Origin: Planctomycetota bacterium
GTDB lineage: Bacteria; Planctomycetota; B15-G4
Direction: 5' to 3'
Assembly (NCBI GenBank): GCA_965248575.1
Contig: CBDFJQ010000002.1
Coordinates: forward strand, 4,544,001-4,608,000
Length of the DNA stretch: 64,000 nucleotides
How positions within the stretch are numbered: position 1 is the first letter of the stretch; every line of letters begins with the position of its first letter. The notes below the pieces were generated by a model. The model ran no database searches, was not told the origin of the DNA, and worked only from the letters and a program-made list of their open reading frames with translations. This document shows, piece after piece, positions 8,665 through 18,559 of the stretch. The translations under genes and the position numbers were made by a program.

Positions 8665-10014
8665 CCCAAGTGCCTCAGGGTCTCGGCGTCCATGTCCTCG
8701 AGCACGGCGACGGGCGAGGCGATTCGGCGACGGACGGAGTCGCCGGACACAACCCTTTCGTCTGCTCCCCAGGGGACCGCGAACACCAGCCAGCCGCCCG
8801 TGAGCAGCGCGGCGGGCTGTGGGACGATCAGCGAGAAGAAGGCGCAGGTCCCCAGGGCGAGCAGCGGGAAGAGCGGGTGGAACGGGAGCCGCAGCGCCTT
8901 CTTGCGCGGCGCTTGGTTGCGACGCACGCCGAGTCCGATGGCGATGAGCGCGACCCAGAGAAAGGAGACCGCGGCGACGCCGACGAGCCAGCGGAACTCC
9001 AGATAGGCTCCCAGCAGGCTCACGATCACCGAGAGGGCGACCAGGACCGAGCTGGGCAGGCGGCCGTGTGCCTCCTTCTGCTCGAACGTCTCGGGCAGTA
9101 GACCATCGACCGCCATCGCGCCCGCCAGCCGCGTGCCGCGTGTCAGGCACTTCACGAGCGTGATGATGGAGATCGCGTAGGCGAACACGGAGGCGGCGAG
9201 CTTCAGCACGTCTCGCTCCCACACGATCTCGACGATGCCCTCGGCCCGGCTCCTCAGGTCCGGGTGCTTCAAGAAAAGGTAGGCCGCAACGCTCCCGACC
9301 GCTCCGCACAGGACCCAGCCGAACACGATGACGAGCCCCAGCTTGTGGTCCGAGCGCCGGAACTGTGGGCGGTGGTCCAGCAGCAGTTCCACCATCCACA
9401 GGCCGGCGGCGGGGATGGCGACCGCGCTGAGCCAGTGGCGAGCCTTCAGGTGCTCCAGCTCGATGCCCTCGGTAACGGGCGGGGGCACGGCCAAGACCCA
9501 CCCCATGTACCCGAGCACCGCGGCGATCAGCAGCCAGCGTACGGTGTTGCGAATCTTCGGCTGCTCGTTGGGCGCAATGACCTCGCTGAGTCCGGCGATC
9601 AGCGTGATGGGTGGGACCAACAGGATGAGCGGCACATCGAGGCCGACGAACAGCTGCAGATGGTTCGCGGTGCGCAGCCCGATCGACTCGACCATGAGCG
9701 ACGCGATGGCGATGTAGCCCGCCAACGAGAGCCAGCCGGTGGCGAAGAGCACCTTCGGGCGACCGCTGCGGCGCACGATGCTGTAGGGCGTGTACCCGCC
9801 CGCGCGATTCGGACGCCCGGGCCACCAGGCACAGGATGACTGGCAGGAAGATCACCGTCGCGAGGGCGAGGCTCAGCGGCGAGTCGCTGCCTGAGATGGC
9901 CAGCACGGAGCCGGTTGCGCCGAGGCCCCAGATGCCCATGCCCACGACCGCCCCGAGGGACAGCATGGACGAGACGCCCATGTACTGACTGAAACCGACG
10001 AGGCCGAGTTTCAT
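8655..10014 (-). pseudogene. Frameshifted APC amino-acid-permease-like gene ending in a sulfatase-type tail
   Basis: 5' frame (GAVVGMGIW...) switches near 9800-9825 to the frame reading PNRAGGYTPY...LFATGWL; later LAGAMAVDGLLP and LRLPFHPLFP; ends ETLRHLGYL. Confidence 0.6.
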
Positions 10015-10276
10015 GAACCGATCATCCGTCGTTGATGCCGAAGTCGAACTCGCAGCAGGTCAGCATGAAGGAACAGCCTACGCCGACGAGGTGGGATCGC
10101 GCGATCCACTCTGCGCGCGAACTCCTGGGCGACACGGCTCGCTGGACGTTCGGCGGAAAACGGAAACTCCGCTCGCGCGAGCGCCTTGGCCTGTGATATC
10201 GAAAGCTGCAGGAGGACCCGGCAGCCGCAGAGACTGGCGAGCAAGCCGGGGGCACCGAGCAGCAGCGAGGCCCCGC

Positions 10277-11182
10277 ATGACCGACGACCCTCACGACATC
10301 TGGACGCTCATCGCCCTGCTGAGCCACGCGAAGCATCAGCACCACCGCGCGACGAGGGCGACCGAGATCGCGGCAATGCTCGCGGCCGGGGCTGATCCCG
10401 ACGCAGGTCGAGGGGCGCCCCTGCTGATCGCCGCGCGCATGGGCTACCGGGATATCGCCGAGGTCCTTTTGCGTGCGGGCGCCGACGTGCACGGCGGGCA
10501 CACCCACCACACGCCGTTGCTCGCTGCCGGTGGCGACACTGGGATGCGAGATCTGCTTCTGACCCACGGCGCGCAGGACACGCTGTTCTCGCTGCTCGCC
10601 TGTGGGGACGTCGAGCACGTCGTCGCCGCGGTGCGGGCCGAACCCGCATGGGCGCACATCACCGACGAGGTCGACAAGACCCTGCTCTTCCACGCCGCAG
10701 CACGGCACGACCTGCCGACGATGGAGCTGCTCCTGGATGCGGGCGCCGATCCAAACGCCATTGCGCCCAGGAGCCACGGCATCGCGCCGATCCACGGGGC
10801 CGCCCTCCACCCCGGTGCCGCGGCGGCTGACGCCGTCGCGTTGCTGCACAGCTGGGGCGCCGACCCCGACGCCGCCGACAAGGGTGGCGTGACGGCACTG
10901 CACATGGCTGTACGCGCCCGCCATCTGGACGTGGTCGCCGCGCTGCTGCGGGCGGACGCCAGCGTGGACGTCGAGGATCGGGGCCGCCGGTCGACGCCAT
11001 TGCGTCGCGCCGTGGCGCACACGGGGCGCTCGGGGACCGCGGGCAAGGGTGACGAGGTGTTGCAGATCATCCGGCTGTTGCTCGAGCACGGCGCCGACCC
11101 GAACCACCGGAACCGTACAGGCAAGACGGTTCTCGAGTCGGCGCGCAACGCGACGATCCGTCAGCTACTTGGGGGCGGCTGA
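10277..11182 (+). CDS. Ankyrin repeat protein
   Basis: Repeated GxTPLHxA / LLxxGADPN motifs. Confidence 0.9.
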   Translation: MTDDPHDIWTLIALLSHAKHQHHRATRATEIAAMLAAGADPDAGRGAPLLIAARMGYRDIAEVLLRAGADVHGGHTHHTPLLAAGGDTGMRDLLLTHGAQDTLFSLLACGDVEHVVAAVRAEPAWAHITDEVDKTLLFHAAARHDLPTMELLLDAGADPNAIAPRSHGIAPIHGAALHPGAAAADAVALLHSWGADPDAADKGGVTALHMAVRARHLDVVAALLRADASVDVEDRGRRSTPLRRAVAHTGRSGTAGKGDEVLQIIRLLLEHGADPNHRNRTGKTVLESARNATIRQLLGGG

Positions 11183-11194
11183 GCGGGCTCAATG

Positions 11195-11222
11195 CACACG
11201 AGGGGCCTTGTTTCGCTTGTCC
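11195..11222 (+). repeat. Intergenic ~28-bp motif, copy 3
   Basis: cacacgaggggccttgtttcgcttgtcc, lying between convergent genes. Confidence 0.6.
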
Positions 11223-11231
11223 TGGACCAGG

Positions 11232-12560
11232 TCACGGCCCGGAAGACGCATGCCCATAGTCCGTGTGCCTGGCTGGTCCATTTGGCATCCACGTCGTCCA
11301 AACGCCGACGCGCTGGCCGTCAGCATAGGCACCTGCTGAGCGACGTGAGCCATCGCTGTGGAAGGTTGTCCATGGCCCGTGCTTGACGCCTTGCCTGGCC
11401 TGGCCGACGGAAGCCAACGTGCCATTGGGGTGATAGTCCAGCCACTCTCCCTCCAGAATGACGTGGGCAACGTGTCCGCCCATCGTCAGGACCCGAGCGT
11501 CTCGCTGTCGCGACACCAGGTAGGGCCGTGGGTCGTGCACAAGCAGGGCGTCCCCAGGCGCGGCGACGGCTCGAAACCAATCCTCGTAGAGACGGTGGGC
11601 CGGTGGAAAGGGAACGTGCAGCTCTTGGGTCGACATGGTGTTCAAGGCGGGCATCTGCGCGGCCGGGCGCCCCACCTCTTCGAGTTTCTCGAGCTGGGTA
11701 GCCGTCACATAGACAGCGCGAGGCGTGTCGGCGTACAGGCACCACGACAGATAGGCGTCCATCCAGCCCACCCGATAGAGAGCCGGGGTCATCAACATGA
11801 GTGCACACGTAACGACCAAGACGGGCCGCGCACCCTTGAGTTCTGAGAGGGCCGGAGCTCGCCAGCGCAGGATCAAACTTGGCGCCGCCACGGCCAGTGC
11901 GAGGTTCCAGGGCCACACCGCTGGGTTCCGCCCCTGCATGAACAACATGAGCCCGCCCAGAATCCCCACATGCAGGGCACACAGCATCCAAGCGAGCGCC
12001 GGCCGCACGCGCGGCCAGAGCAATGCGAGCCCTGCCAGCGCCTCAGCGATCGCGAGCAGCCAGGCCAGTTCGTTGGCGAAGTCATGCGCTGCATCGGGCA
12101 AGAGCTCACGCCAGAAAGCCGGACCCGTCTGTTCCCGATAGTAGGTGCCCAGAAGTTTGTGCAACCCCCCGTAGAGGTAAAGCGCACCGAGGTGCGTGCG
12201 CCCAATCAAGACAGCCGAGCGCGAGGGCAGCGTGGCCCAGACCAACAGCGTCATGGACACGAACTGCGGCTGGATGCGCATCTGGTCCATGGAAATGGCG
12301 ACCATCAGCGTCAGCGAATGCAGCAGGACCCCCAGGCGGGGCCGGAACAGGATCAAGCTCAGGGTGACGCACAACAGCGGACCGACATCGGCCTGCGGCA
12401 GACCCCCAAAGAGGGGCAAGTTGGGAGGGAAGGCCCGCGTTTGCCACAACGGCCAAGTGATCCAGAGCGTCGCCGCCTGGGCGATGACCAAGACGGCTCG
12501 CAAGAACCGGCGGTCGCTCACCGATTCACTCTCGTGAACCGCCAGGTGACTCATGGGCAC
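11232..12560 (-). CDS. Membrane protein (HTTM/DoxX-like) with C-terminal MORN-variant repeats
   Basis: Multiple TM segments, DQMRIQP, YLYGGLHKL, NPAVWPWN; C-terminal GEWLDYHPNG...HGPWTTFHSDG...GVWTTWMPNG. Confidence 0.7.
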   Translation of the reverse strand: MPMSHLAVHESESVSDRRFLRAVLVIAQAATLWITWPLWQTRAFPPNLPLFGGLPQADVGPLLCVTLSLILFRPRLGVLLHSLTLMVAISMDQMRIQPQFVSMTLLVWATLPSRSAVLIGRTHLGALYLYGGLHKLLGTYYREQTGPAFWRELLPDAAHDFANELAWLLAIAEALAGLALLWPRVRPALAWMLCALHVGILGGLMLFMQGRNPAVWPWNLALAVAAPSLILRWRAPALSELKGARPVLVVTCALMLMTPALYRVGWMDAYLSWCLYADTPRAVYVTATQLEKLEEVGRPAAQMPALNTMSTQELHVPFPPAHRLYEDWFRAVAAPGDALLVHDPRPYLVSRQRDARVLTMGGHVAHVILEGEWLDYHPNGTLASVGQARQGVKHGPWTTFHSDGSRRSAGAYADGQRVGVWTTWMPNGPARHTDYGHASSGP

Positions 12561-12934
12561 CCGTGCCCTGCGGGATCCCGCGTCTCAGATGTCCAGCGCA
12601 TCAGCCGCCCTCCAGAGCAGATGCCCATTACCTCACGACTCGCCACTTGGCGCCACACTGCGCGCCGAGCAAATCCTGCCCCGCAGACCCAGGCGAACGT
12701 GTCACGCCTGTCGTCCCCTGCACACCGTTGCTCGCCGTGAACCCAAAGGGCACGGCCACGTTCTAGGGGCACGGATCACCTCGACGTCCAGGTGCAGCTC
12801 GTCGTCGACGACGGTGTCGGGCTGTTGCTGGGTCTGACCGTTGGCCCCCCGGGGCCGCATGCCCGGCGCAACACACGCGCTTTCCATGCGCCGTTGAGTT
12901 GCGACGACGTGCCGTGCAGTCCACACTCCGCACG

Positions 12935-14188
12935 ATGCCCGCTCCTGTCCTGCACCCACTCGTGGCCGATTGGCCCGCGCCGTCTGAGAAGGCTGTGCGG
13001 CTGCGGGTCAGCGGCTCGACGGAATCGAGCCTTCGACGCGGGCACCCCTGGGTCTACACCGAGCGCATCCAGGAGCAGAACCGAGACGGTGAGGCTGGGG
13101 ACCTCGCCGTGGTCTTCGATCGCAAGCGCGCGTTTCTGGCCGTGGGCTTGCTCGACCCTCACTCGCCCATCCGCATGCGCGTGCTGCGTGCCCGGGAGCA
13201 GGGGCCCATCGATGGGGAGTTCTTCGCGGAACGCGTCGCCGCAGCCCTTGCCCGGCGTGCGGCGCTGCCCGCCACGGACACCGACGGCTACCGTCTGATC
13301 CACGGCGAGAGCGACGGCCTGCCCGGCTGCATCGTCGATCGCTACGCCGACACCGGTGTGGTCAAGCTGTACAGCCACGCCTGGTTGCCGCACTTGTCCA
13401 GCCTGCTCGGCGCGCTGCTCGAACAGCAACCGCTGCAACGCCTCGTGCTTCGATTCTCACGGCAGCTGTCGTCGGACGCTCAGCTGCTGCGCGGCTTGCA
13501 CGATGGCCTGACCATCTTCGGTGAGCCCTGCACCGAACGTCTCGTCTTTCGCGAGAACGGACTCTGCTACGAGGTCGACCCGGTGAACGGCCAGAAGACG
13601 GGTTTCTTCCTCGACCAGCGGGACAATCGCGCGCGCGTGGGGGAGTTGTGCCAGGCGGCGCGGGTGCTCAACGTGTGCAGCTACACGGGCGGATTCTCTG
13701 TCGCGGCGGCCCGCGGGGGGGCCACGGAGGTTGTCAGCCTCGACCAGAGTGCGCCCGCGCTGGACGCCGCAGCACGCAACTTCGCGCTCAACGCCGAGCA
13801 GCCGGGAGTGGCCGCCGCACGCCACGAGTTGCTGCAGGGAGACGCCTTCGCACGCTTGGCCGAGTTGGCGGCGGACGGCCGCCGCTTCGACGTCGTGGTG
13901 GTCGACCCGCCAGCTTTCGCGCGTAAGCGTGCCCAGGTCGACAAGGCCTGTCAGGCCTACGAACAGCTCAACACCCTGGCGCTGGCAGTGCTTGAGCCCG
14001 GCGGCTTGCTGGTCAGCGCCTCGTGCTCGAGCCCGGTTTCGTCAGAACGCTTCCGAGCCTCGCTCGATGCGGCGAGCCGGCGAGCGCAACGCCCGTTGCA
14101 CGACATCGTCGAAACCGGCCACGCCGTGGACCACCCGCTCGACTTCGACGAGAGCCGCTACCTGAAGTGCCTGTTCGCGCGAGGCTGA
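12935..14188 (+). CDS. rlmI: RlmI-like SAM-dependent rRNA methyltransferase
   Basis: PUA GHPWVY, RLIHGESDGLPGCIVDRY, GQKTGFFLDQRDNR, SYTGGFS, VDPPAF, SASCS. Confidence 0.85.
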   Translation: MPAPVLHPLVADWPAPSEKAVRLRVSGSTESSLRRGHPWVYTERIQEQNRDGEAGDLAVVFDRKRAFLAVGLLDPHSPIRMRVLRAREQGPIDGEFFAERVAAALARRAALPATDTDGYRLIHGESDGLPGCIVDRYADTGVVKLYSHAWLPHLSSLLGALLEQQPLQRLVLRFSRQLSSDAQLLRGLHDGLTIFGEPCTERLVFRENGLCYEVDPVNGQKTGFFLDQRDNRARVGELCQAARVLNVCSYTGGFSVAAARGGATEVVSLDQSAPALDAAARNFALNAEQPGVAAARHELLQGDAFARLAELAADGRRFDVVVVDPPAFARKRAQVDKACQAYEQLNTLALAVLEPGGLLVSASCSSPVSSERFRASLDAASRRAQRPLHDIVETGHAVDHPLDFDESRYLKCLFARG

Positions 14189-14257
14189 GCGATGCGGCAC
14201 TGCCAGGATGCGAATCGCTGGTGGCCTGCGGCTTCGTCCCGGCGTGACCCTAGCGGC

Positions 14258-14659
14258 TCACTGCCAGCTCATGGCGGGGGGAGTGTCGTCACCGAGCCAC
14301 TGACAGAGGAAGAGCCGGAAGCTCGCGATGCGGCCGTTCCGCATGGTGAACACGTGGACCCATCGGTTCTGGAACGACTCACCCGTGGCTCGCTCCTTGC
14401 CCTTGGCTTCGCCGAGGACGACGACCTTGTTGCCGGCCTCGATGAACTCGCGGGGGGCGGAGAACTGGAGCATCCACGCCTTGTCGACGGTCGCGAGGAA
14501 ACTGCGCACTCCCTCGATCCCCCGGAATGCCCCGGTCACGTCGCTCGTGGAGGCGCCGTTGACCACCCACTCGACCTCCTCGTCACAGAGCGCGAGGATG
14601 GAATCGAGGTCGCCCTCGCCGAGGTGCTGGTAGATACGCTTGATCACGTCCAATGCCAT
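14258..14659 (-). CDS. SnoaL/NTF2-like protein
   Basis: GGGAGG RBS; GDLDSILAL..EEVEW, FRGIEGV, WVHVFTMRNGRI. Confidence 0.85.
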   Translation of the reverse strand: MALDVIKRIYQHLGEGDLDSILALCDEEVEWVVNGASTSDVTGAFRGIEGVRSFLATVDKAWMLQFSAPREFIEAGNKVVVLGEAKGKERATGESFQNRWVHVFTMRNGRIASFRLFLCQWLGDDTPPAMSWQ

Positions 14660-14897
14660 CGGATGGCGCCTCCCGTGCTGATCGGATGAGAGATGGGATC
14701 TTCGCGGTCGGGCATGCGCGGGGCAAGCCCGACCACCGAACGATTCGTCTCGAGGCAGTCGGGCCACGCTTCAGCCAGTCTCGGTCGCCCCCGGTGTCGC
14801 CGCGCCGACTGAGGGGGCAGCACGTCGTGGCGCGATTCCGTGAACGCGGATACGGTTCCATAGACGTCCGGTCGTCAACCTCCGGGGGGAGTTCCAC

Positions 14898-17426
14898 ATG
14901 CCCACGCCCCGCCTGTTCGAATCGGCCGCCTGTGCGCTGGTGCTGCTCGCCGCTTCGGTCGACGCCCAGCGCGCCCCTCTGTTCCAGGGCCTGCGCGTTC
15001 CGCTCCGAGACATGGCCGGAGACGTGGCCCTCGGAGATCTCGACGGCGACGCACGACCCGAGTTGCTCGTCACGTCCCTCGCGGACGGCGTCGTTGGCGT
15101 GTTCGGTCGCAGCGTCACGGCCTTCGAGCACCTGGCGGACGTTGCCGTGGGCGTCACGCCGACGGGTCTCTCTGTCCTCGACCTCGACGGGGACGGCCGC
15201 GCCGACGTGGTCACGGCGAACCGCGGTTCCGACGACGTCTCGGTGCTCATCGGAAAGGGCGATGGCACCTTCGCACCCGCCGAGAGCATCCGTGTGGACG
15301 TCGGCCCGGTCGCTTTGGACGCAGGTGACGTGGACGGCAACGGCACGCTCGACCTGGTCGTCGCCTGTGCCGACTCGGGGCGCGTGACGGTGCTCCTAGG
15401 CGAAGGGGACGGCACATTCGGCCTCCCATCCAGCGTGCTCGTCGGCGGCCAGCCGGCTGACATCTCGCTGGCGCGCCTCGACGACGACGCGTTCCTCGAC
15501 CTCGTCGTCACGGATCTCCAAGCTGCTGGCGGCATCGCGCTGCTCGGGGACGGCGTCGGTGGGTTCATCTTCTCGTCGACGATTGTCGGGCCGCAGTCGA
15601 CGAGGCGTCAGGCGGTGGCCGATGTTGACGGCGACGGGCTGAACGACGTTCTGCTCGCGGGATGCGGTGTCTTTCTGTCTCGGGGCCTCGGTGATGGCAG
15701 CTTCGCGCCGCACGAATTGATCGTGCTCTCACCCATCACTTGCGGCTTCCTCGTGCCAAACATGCCGGCCCTGGTCGTGGACGACTGGAGCGCCGACGGC
15801 ATCCCGGACATCGTGCTCACCAACCTGCTGGACACCAACGTCGCGTTCCTCCAGGGCGTCGGCGACGGCTCCTTCGTGGAGATCTCCAACCTCGGCACCT
15901 TCCAGCAGACGTTCTTCGCGCAGTTCGGGACGGAGATCGCAGCCGGGGACCTCTACGGCGACGGAACACTCGGGCTGGCCCTGCTCAATCCGACGACGCA
16001 GGACGTCGGCCTGCTGCGCGTCCCGCCCAGCGGGGACCTGGGCGTGTCCCGGTCGATGGCTGGCTCGTTACCGGGTGCCCTGGCGCTGGGCGATCTCAAT
16101 GGCGACGGGGCGCTGGACGTCGTGACGGGCAACCAGGCGTTCATGTCGTTCCCGCCGTCGGGGCAGATCCACTTCGGCGCAGGGGACGGCACGTTCGCCA
16201 GCGTCCAGTTGCTCGCGTCCGCCGAATACCAAGAGATGCTCGTGGACCGCATTGACGACGACGGCAAGCCGGACCTCGTGACGCTCGTCGTGAACCCCTT
16301 CGATTTTACGAGCCGCTTGTCCGTGATGTACGGAGACGGTGCTGGTGGCTTCTCCGGGGGTGCATCGAAGAACCTGGGGGACTTCGGTCTCGCCATGTCG
16401 GCCGCCGACCTCGACGACGACGGTTTCAAGGACTTCGTCGTGGCCTTGCCAGCAGACCTCTTCAGCCTGCTGTCGAACGGCGCCGGCGGCTTCGGCGCGC
16501 TCGTCCCGCTCGGGACCTCGGGGCCATACGAACTCGGACGACTCGACGGCGATGCCTTCCCGTCGCTGCTCGTCGGGCGGGCCCCCTCGGAGCTCGAGCT
16601 GTGGGCCGGACTCGGAGACGGCACCTTCGCTCCTCCGACGACCGTCGCTCTTCCGGCGAGCCTGACGGACATCCTGCTCGCCGACATGGACGGCGACCAG
16701 ATCGACGACGTTGTCGTAGCGCTCGGGAACGACGGGGTCGCCGTGCTCCCGGGTCTGCCAGGTGGCGGTCTCGCTGCTCCCATCCAGACGTTGCTCGATT
16801 CGACGGCGACCTGGGTGCGCTGCGCCGAACTGGACGGTGACGGTCGCCTCGACCTGCTTGCGGGCAGTTCGGGGGAGGAAGCGGCGGTGCTGCTCGGGAA
16901 TGGGAGCGGCGGTTTCGCAGCCATCCACGGGATCGGCCTGGGAGACAGCCAGACTTCTGCCGCACTGGGCCACATGGGCGGCGATCGTCTGGCGGAGATC
17001 GTTTACGTGCAGGGTCTGTTCCCAGCGGCCGTCATCGCGATGAAGAACGGGCCTGGGCTTCCGTGGCGCGGATTGTTCCAGGGGCTCGCTGGGACTCGCG
17101 GCGTGCCGCGGCTCGCCGGTGAGGGCAGCCTCGTGGAGGGCGGCCCGGTGACGCTTTCGTTGCGCGACGCCCGCCAGGCTGCGGACGTGTTCGTCATCCT
17201 GGGGTTGTCCGAGGTGTCGACGCCGTTCTTCGGGGGGACGCTTGTGCCTTCGCCGGACGTCGTGCGGCTCTTCCGGGCGGACTCCGCGGGCACGTTGCTC
17301 CTGTCGACGCACTGGCCGCCCGGCGTGGAGTCTGGCGCGACCCTCTCCTGGCAGGCGTGGATCCCGGACGATGAAGCGGTCGAGGGCGTGGCAGCGAGCA
17401 ACGCGCTGCTGTCCACGGTGCCCTAG
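14898..17426 (+). CDS. Secreted FG-GAP/VCBS repeat protein with conserved C-terminal domain
   Basis: Signal peptide; more than 10 DLDGDGxxD repeats; C-terminal PW...GGTLVP...WQAWIPD...ASNALL. Confidence 0.9.
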   Translation: MPTPRLFESAACALVLLAASVDAQRAPLFQGLRVPLRDMAGDVALGDLDGDARPELLVTSLADGVVGVFGRSVTAFEHLADVAVGVTPTGLSVLDLDGDGRADVVTANRGSDDVSVLIGKGDGTFAPAESIRVDVGPVALDAGDVDGNGTLDLVVACADSGRVTVLLGEGDGTFGLPSSVLVGGQPADISLARLDDDAFLDLVVTDLQAAGGIALLGDGVGGFIFSSTIVGPQSTRRQAVADVDGDGLNDVLLAGCGVFLSRGLGDGSFAPHELIVLSPITCGFLVPNMPALVVDDWSADGIPDIVLTNLLDTNVAFLQGVGDGSFVEISNLGTFQQTFFAQFGTEIAAGDLYGDGTLGLALLNPTTQDVGLLRVPPSGDLGVSRSMAGSLPGALALGDLNGDGALDVVTGNQAFMSFPPSGQIHFGAGDGTFASVQLLASAEYQEMLVDRIDDDGKPDLVTLVVNPFDFTSRLSVMYGDGAGGFSGGASKNLGDFGLAMSAADLDDDGFKDFVVALPADLFSLLSNGAGGFGALVPLGTSGPYELGRLDGDAFPSLLVGRAPSELELWAGLGDGTFAPPTTVALPASLTDILLADMDGDQIDDVVVALGNDGVAVLPGLPGGGLAAPIQTLLDSTATWVRCAELDGDGRLDLLAGSSGEEAAVLLGNGSGGFAAIHGIGLGDSQTSAALGHMGGDRLAEIVYVQGLFPAAVIAMKNGPGLPWRGLFQGLAGTRGVPRLAGEGSLVEGGPVTLSLRDARQAADVFVILGLSEVSTPFFGGTLVPSPDVVRLFRADSAGTLLLSTHWPPGVESGATLSWQAWIPDDEAVEGVAASNALLSTVP

Positions 17427-17502
17427 CGAGCGTTGTGGAGAGCCGGCCTGGCCAGATCCGGCCAGGCCGACCGGTGTGACAAAGTAACTGTCGCCATACT
17501 CG

Positions 17503-18273
17503 CTACTCCAGCGTGATGTAGACCCTGGCCAGCCCCGAGCCGATACGGTCGGGATTGACGAAGTCGTAGACCACCCGATTCAGGCCCACGTAAATGTCGT
17601 AGTTGGGAGGGCCCTCGCTGTCGGGCTGTCCGTCGAGGGCAAAGAGCAGGTCAGCGCCCGGCGGGCAGGCGGAGAAGTCCACTTCGGTGTAATTGCTTCC
17701 ATGGCTGAGGAACATGTTGCCCACGGAGACCTTCAGGCCGCTGTCTCGGAGGCCCAGGGACATCTCAGAAATCCGGGTTGAATTGGTCGGCGAGCTGCCC
17801 AGATCGCTCGCGAACACGCTCAGCGTCTGGTCCACGATCTGCATCTCGGCGTCTCTCTGCTGGGTGAAGTAATCTCCTCCACCTCCATCATTGGTCGCAG
17901 AGTCGCCGATGTTGAGCGTGAAGCCCTCGGGAACGCCTTCGTAGTCGAGGACTGCAACCATCTTCGTGTACCCCGAAGAGGGGTCGAGGGTCACCTTGAA
18001 GACAGTCTCGAAGAAGCCGTCCATGTTCGAGTCCACCGACGGTGCGACCATGGAAATCTCCGGGGCGATGAGCCGCGTTGTGCCGGTCTCGAGGTTGAAG
18101 AAGGCGCCCAACTGACCACCGCTGCTTCCACCCACCACGCTCCCCGGGTCCATCTCAAGCTGACCCGCTAGGTGCACGCCCGCCTGTTGCACGGGAGGAC
18201 CGGTCGCGAACGTCAGCAATCCTCCCGCGGATATCACGGAGGCCACTGCCAAGAGTGCGTTGATGTGTTTCAT
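17503..18273 (-). CDS. Hypothetical secreted protein
   Basis: AGGAG RBS, N-terminal hydrophobic signal, GC-biased third codon positions; no family recognised. Confidence 0.7.
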   Translation of the reverse strand: MKHINALLAVASVISAGGLLTFATGPPVQQAGVHLAGQLEMDPGSVVGGSSGGQLGAFFNLETGTTRLIAPEISMVAPSVDSNMDGFFETVFKVTLDPSSGYTKMVAVLDYEGVPEGFTLNIGDSATNDGGGGDYFTQQRDAEMQIVDQTLSVFASDLGSSPTNSTRISEMSLGLRDSGLKVSVGNMFLSHGSNYTEVDFSACPPGADLLFALDGQPDSEGPPNYDIYVGLNRVVYDFVNPDRIGSGLARVYITLE

Positions 18274-18559
18274 GGTTCGACTCCTGTTAATGAGTACGCC
18301 AAACGCAGCATGCGCACGGCGTAGCCTCCTGACTGGGAGACCACTCATTGATCTACCGTCAGGAGCGGCGCTGCACCATGGGGTGGGGTGCGCACGTCGC
18401 GGAGTCGATGTGGGCAGTTGCCCAGGGCACTGTTCGGCAGCCTGCGTCAGCCAGGTGACGGCGTGCCGGGTTCTCGACGGGGCTTACGAACCACCCACGC
18501 CCGGTTGAGAAACCGACACTCCTCAGCCTTTGGCGTTCGCACGCCGTCACGGCAACAGC

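Noticed and set aside
18468..18517. Imperfect inverted repeat between co-oriented minus-strand genes
   Set aside because: Single copy, long loop and no U-tract; function unsupported
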